Below are positions 60,768-64,000 of a DNA stretch of 64,000 nucleotides, in pieces. Below the pieces are notes generated by a model. It was given only the letters and a program-made list of their open reading frames with translations, was not told the origin of the DNA and ran no database searches. Made by a program: the position numbers and the translations under genes. The DNA comes from an uncultured Gammaproteobacteria bacterium (lineage in GTDB: Bacteria; Patescibacteriota; Patescibacteriia; UBA2591; UBA6264): positions 13,328-77,327 of the forward strand of contig CAZQVF010000005.1 of assembly GCA_964596735.1 (NCBI GenBank), read 5' to 3'. Numbering within the stretch: position 1 is the first letter of the stretch; the number at the start of each line of letters is the position of its first letter.

Positions 60768-62861
60768 ATGACTTCTGAATTTTCCTTAGAAAAAACTCGA
60801 AACATCGGCATTATTGCCCATATTGACGCCGGTAAGACTACTGTTACCGAGCGTATTTTATATTACACAGGAAAAAAACATAAAGTTGGTGAGGTGCATG
60901 AAGGACAAGCAGAAATGGATTGGATGGAACAGGAAAAAGAAAGAGGGGTAACAATAACATCAGCAGCAACAACTGTTTTTTGGACCCCTAATAAAGGCGA
61001 AGAAACTCGTATTAATATTATTGATACTCCTGGACATATTGATTTTACAGCTGAAGTACAAAGATCTTTAAGAATCCTTGACGGAGGCGTAGTTGTTTTC
61101 GATGGCGTTGCTGGAGTTGAACCACAATCAGAAACTGTTTATCATCAAGCTGAAAAATTTAAAATTCCTTTAATTGCTTTTATAAATAAAATGGATCGAA
61201 TGGGGGCTGATTTTTATGCTGACCTAGATTCAATTCATGAAAGATTAACGTCTAATGCCTATCCTGTTCAATTGCCAATTGGAGTTGAGGCAAATTTTAA
61301 AGGTGTTATTGATTTATTCACTCGTAAAGCAAGGTTCTACTTAGATGAAATGGGAGAAAACATTGAAGAAAGGGAGGTGCCAGCTGAATTAAAAGATAAA
61401 GTTGAAGAATATCGTCATAAATTAATTGAAACTATTGTTGAACATGATGAAAAATTAATGCATGGTTATTTGGATGGCAAAGAACCAGAAATAAATGAAT
61501 TAAAAAGAGTTTTACGTCAAGCAGTAATTCAAGGAAAATTAATCCCTGTTCTATGTGGTTCAGCCCTTAAAAATAAAGGGGTTCAATCATTACTAGACGC
61601 TATTTGTGAATACTTACCCTCTCCTTTAGATGTTCCCCCGGTAAAAGGAACTGTTCCTCGAACTGAAGAAAAAGAAATCAGAAAGGCAGACAAAAATGGA
61701 CCCTTTGCCGCTCTGTCTTTTAAAATAGCTACTGATCCTTATGTTGGTCGTCTTTGTTATGTTCGAGTTTATTCTGGGTCTTTAAATGCTGGATCATATA
61801 TTCTAAATACTACTACTGGCAACAAAGAAAGAGTGGGCCGAATTGTTCAAATGCATGCTAACCAGAGAAAAGAACTTAAACAGGTCTATGCTGGAGAAAT
61901 TGCCGCCATTGTCGGGATTAAAAATACCAGCACGGGAGATACTCTTTGTGACCCAGATCATCCTATCATTTTAGAATCTATTACCTTTCCTGATCCAGTT
62001 ATTTCTGTGGCTATTGAGCCAAAAACAAAATCAGATCAAGAAAAAATGGGTCAAGCTATTACTAAATTAGTAGAAGAAGATCCTACTTTTAAAGTAAAAA
62101 GTGATGAAGAAACCGGACAGACAATTATCTCAGGGATGGGTGAATTACACTTAGAAATTATTGTTGATCGCTTAAGTCGTGAGTTTAATGTTCATGCTAA
62201 CGTTGGTCAACCAAGAGTGGCTTATAAAGAAGCTATTACTGCCGACATTCAGGTTGAGGGAAAATATATTCATCAATCAGGCGGACGAGGTCAATATGGC
62301 CATTGTTGGCTTAAACTTGAACCAATGGAAAGGGGAAAAGGCTTTGAATTTGTTGATAAAATTAAGGGAGGAGCTATCCCCAGAGAATATGTTCCGGCTA
62401 TTAAAAAAGGTGTTATTGAATCAATGGAAGCCGGTGTTTTAGCGGGTTATCCAGTTGTTGATATGAAGGTAACTGTTTATGATGGTTCTTTTCATGAAGT
62501 CGACTCTTCAGAAGCCGCCTTTAAAATTGCTGCTAATCGAGCGATTCGTGATGGCGTACAACAAGCCAAGCCCATTCTCTTAGAACCTGTTATGAAAGTC
62601 GAGGTAGTTGTCCCTGAAAAATTCATGGGAGAAGTAATTGGCGATCTTAACTCTCGTAGAGCTCAAGTCCAAGGGACAAAAACCCGAGGACAGGTAAAAT
62701 TAGTTGATGCTTTAGTTCCCTTAGGAGAAATGTTTGGTTACACCACATCTTTACGATCATTGACTGAGGGTCGTGGAAGCTCAACTATGGAATTTTTTCA
62801 TTATGCTCCGGTACCTAAAAATGTTCAGGAAAATATTGTTGGAGAAAAAGTTGAAAAATAG
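60768..62861 (+). CDS. fusA: Elongation factor G
   Basis: [23 protein letters not shown] and NKMD, with domains IV/V present. Confidence 0.96.
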   Translation: MTSEFSLEKTRNIGIIAHIDAGKTTVTERILYYTGKKHKVGEVHEGQAEMDWMEQEKERGVTITSAATTVFWTPNKGEETRINIIDTPGHIDFTAEVQRSLRILDGGVVVFDGVAGVEPQSETVYHQAEKFKIPLIAFINKMDRMGADFYADLDSIHERLTSNAYPVQLPIGVEANFKGVIDLFTRKARFYLDEMGENIEEREVPAELKDKVEEYRHKLIETIVEHDEKLMHGYLDGKEPEINELKRVLRQAVIQGKLIPVLCGSALKNKGVQSLLDAICEYLPSPLDVPPVKGTVPRTEEKEIRKADKNGPFAALSFKIATDPYVGRLCYVRVYSGSLNAGSYILNTTTGNKERVGRIVQMHANQRKELKQVYAGEIAAIVGIKNTSTGDTLCDPDHPIILESITFPDPVISVAIEPKTKSDQEKMGQAITKLVEEDPTFKVKSDEETGQTIISGMGELHLEIIVDRLSREFNVHANVGQPRVAYKEAITADIQVEGKYIHQSGGRGQYGHCWLKLEPMERGKGFEFVDKIKGGAIPREYVPAIKKGVIESMEAGVLAGYPVVDMKVTVYDGSFHEVDSSEAAFKIAANRAIRDGVQQAKPILLEPVMKVEVVVPEKFMGEVIGDLNSRRAQVQGTKTRGQVKLVDALVPLGEMFGYTTSLRSLTEGRGSSTMEFFHYAPVPKNVQENIVGEKVEK

Positions 62862-62908
62862 GAAAAATAAGCGATTTGACTTTTATTTTAAAAAGGGTAT
62901 ATTTAAGT

Positions 62909-63257
62909 GGGGGTGAAAGGAATCGACAGGAAGCCAGTGTTAAAGACAGCTTTTTGTCCTGAGAAAGACACAAAAATTCTCAAAAAACATAATTGCCAAC
63001 GAAAAGTTAGCATTTGCTGTAGCTTAAACAAGCTAAAGCCGTTAAGACTAAAGACTCCTCCTATTTAGTCATTGACGTCAATCTAGAAGGATCGACATTT
63101 TGGTTGCCTGGATCAAAATGTTTAAAAAATCAGGATAGAGTTTAAGAATTTTGTCTTGTTTCAATTCTAAAACTCAAATAGAACAAACAAGACTATAAAA
63201 GTAGACATTTTTAACAGCACTTTCTAGACGGGAGTTCGATTCTCCCCACCTCCACCA
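62909..63257 (+). ncRNA. ssrA: tmRNA (SsrA)
   Basis: 5' gggggtgaaaggaatcgacagg pairs with the 3' end cacctcc-a-CCA, including G3:U70, and has T-arm gggag-ttcgatt-ctccc. The candidate tag ORF GCC AAC GAA AAG TTA GCA TTT GCT GTA GCT TAA (62995-63027) encodes ANEKLAFAVA*. Confidence 0.88.
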
Positions 63258-63289
63258 TCTAGTTAAGAATAAAAATTTTAAATTTAAAT

Positions 63290-63796
63290 TTGAAGTATTA
63301 TCGCCTTAACAATAAAATTACTGCTCCTCAGGTTTGTTTAATTAATGAAAAGGGAGAACATCTTGGCAATATTGATATTAATAAAGCCATGGAAATGGCT
63401 CGAGAAAAAGGATTAGACTTGGTAGAAATCGGGCCTAAGGCAAATCCACCAGTAGTAAAAATATTAGACTTTGGGCAATTCAAATATGACTCAAAAAAGA
63501 AAGATCGCGAACAGAAAAAACAAGGTAAAACAGGTCTAATCAAGGGTATTCGTTTAACGCCTCGTATTGGTAAACATGATTTAGAATTTCGGAGAAATAA
63601 AGCTAAGAGTTTTCTTGCCGAAGGTTATAAGGTAAAAATTGAAATGGTACTTAGGGGAAGAGAAAAGGCTCATTTTGACCTAGCTGAAGAAAAATTAAAA
63701 GAATTTATTGATTTTTTGAGCGAAGAAGCTAAGATTGAACAACAGCCCAAACGACAAGGAGCTCGCCTGACTGCCTTGATTTCCCCAATTAAATAA
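63290..63796 (+). CDS. infC: Translation initiation factor IF-3
   Basis: RLNNKITAPQVCLINEKGEHLG, DLVEIGPKANPPVVKILDFGQFKY. Apparent non-ATG (TTG) start. Confidence 0.92.
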   Translation: MKYYRLNNKITAPQVCLINEKGEHLGNIDINKAMEMAREKGLDLVEIGPKANPPVVKILDFGQFKYDSKKKDREQKKQGKTGLIKGIRLTPRIGKHDLEFRRNKAKSFLAEGYKVKIEMVLRGREKAHFDLAEEKLKEFIDFLSEEAKIEQQPKRQGARLTALISPIK

Positions 63797-63811
63797 ATTT
63801 AATTGCAAATT

Positions 63812-63997
63812 ATGCAAAAAACACGCAAATCAATTGCTAAAAAATTAAAAATTACTAAAAATAAAAAATTCTTGCATCGCACCTGTGGGCAAAATCATTT
63901 TAATGTTCGTGATACAGGAAAAAAAACAAAAAATAAAAGAAAAAATAAACCATTGAGTAAGGGTTATAGAAAAACCCTTAAACAACATTTAAAATAA
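63812..63997 (+). CDS. rpmI: 50S ribosomal protein L35
   Basis: MQKTRKSIAKKLKITKNKKFLHR..., located downstream of infC. TTG at 63803 is an alternative start. Confidence 0.88.
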   Translation: MQKTRKSIAKKLKITKNKKFLHRTCGQNHFNVRDTGKKTKNKRKNKPLSKGYRKTLKQHLK

Positions 63998-64000
63998 CTA

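Overview
AT-rich (about 30% G+C by eye), gene-dense bacterial window. TGA is a normal stop (ATGA stop/start overlaps at aspS/ftsX, tsaD/tsaE, nusB/rnc), so it uses the standard code 11. The content suggests a reduced-genome Candidate Phyla Radiation (Patescibacteria)-type organism; that placement is inference. Most of the window is housekeeping: aaRS genes (aspS, valS, proS, glyQS, ileS), ribosomal proteins (S20, L21, L34, L32, L28, S12, S7, L35), fusA, infC, frr, the rpmH-rnpA-yidD-yidC cluster, dnaA with a DnaA-box cluster, holA/holB, ruvA, recO, smc, rnc, rny, nusB, clpP plus a Clp ATPase, two mreB paralogs, pilB, tsaC/D/E, queA/tgt, smpB plus tmRNA, two GT4 glycosyltransferases, two M50 proteases and an [FeFe]-hydrogenase pair. 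The accessory region lies at about 17.2-21.0 kb. It holds a complete diversity-generating retroelement (DGR): an RT, a divergently oriented Avd-like gene, and a 120-bp TR/VR pair in which 14 of 15 mismatches fall on TR adenines. The VR sits at the extreme C-terminus of a relatively G+C-rich 219-aa protein that has no obvious signal peptide and a Cys-rich tail. Two other observations recur. First, there are two tRNA plus homing-endonuclease-like cassettes (tRNA-Glu/LAGLIDADG-like, tRNA-Pro/zinc-ribbon-HEAR-nuclease), each beside a decayed remnant of a tRNA of the same type. Second, a dispersed promoter-like repeat (core CAGAACCTTGAAATTAAA) occurs at least 7 times in front of operons. One tandem pair of this repeat carries a GC palindrome insertion and points antisense into the DGR RT. 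All calls rest on reading the ORF translations and the sequence by eye; no database search was run.
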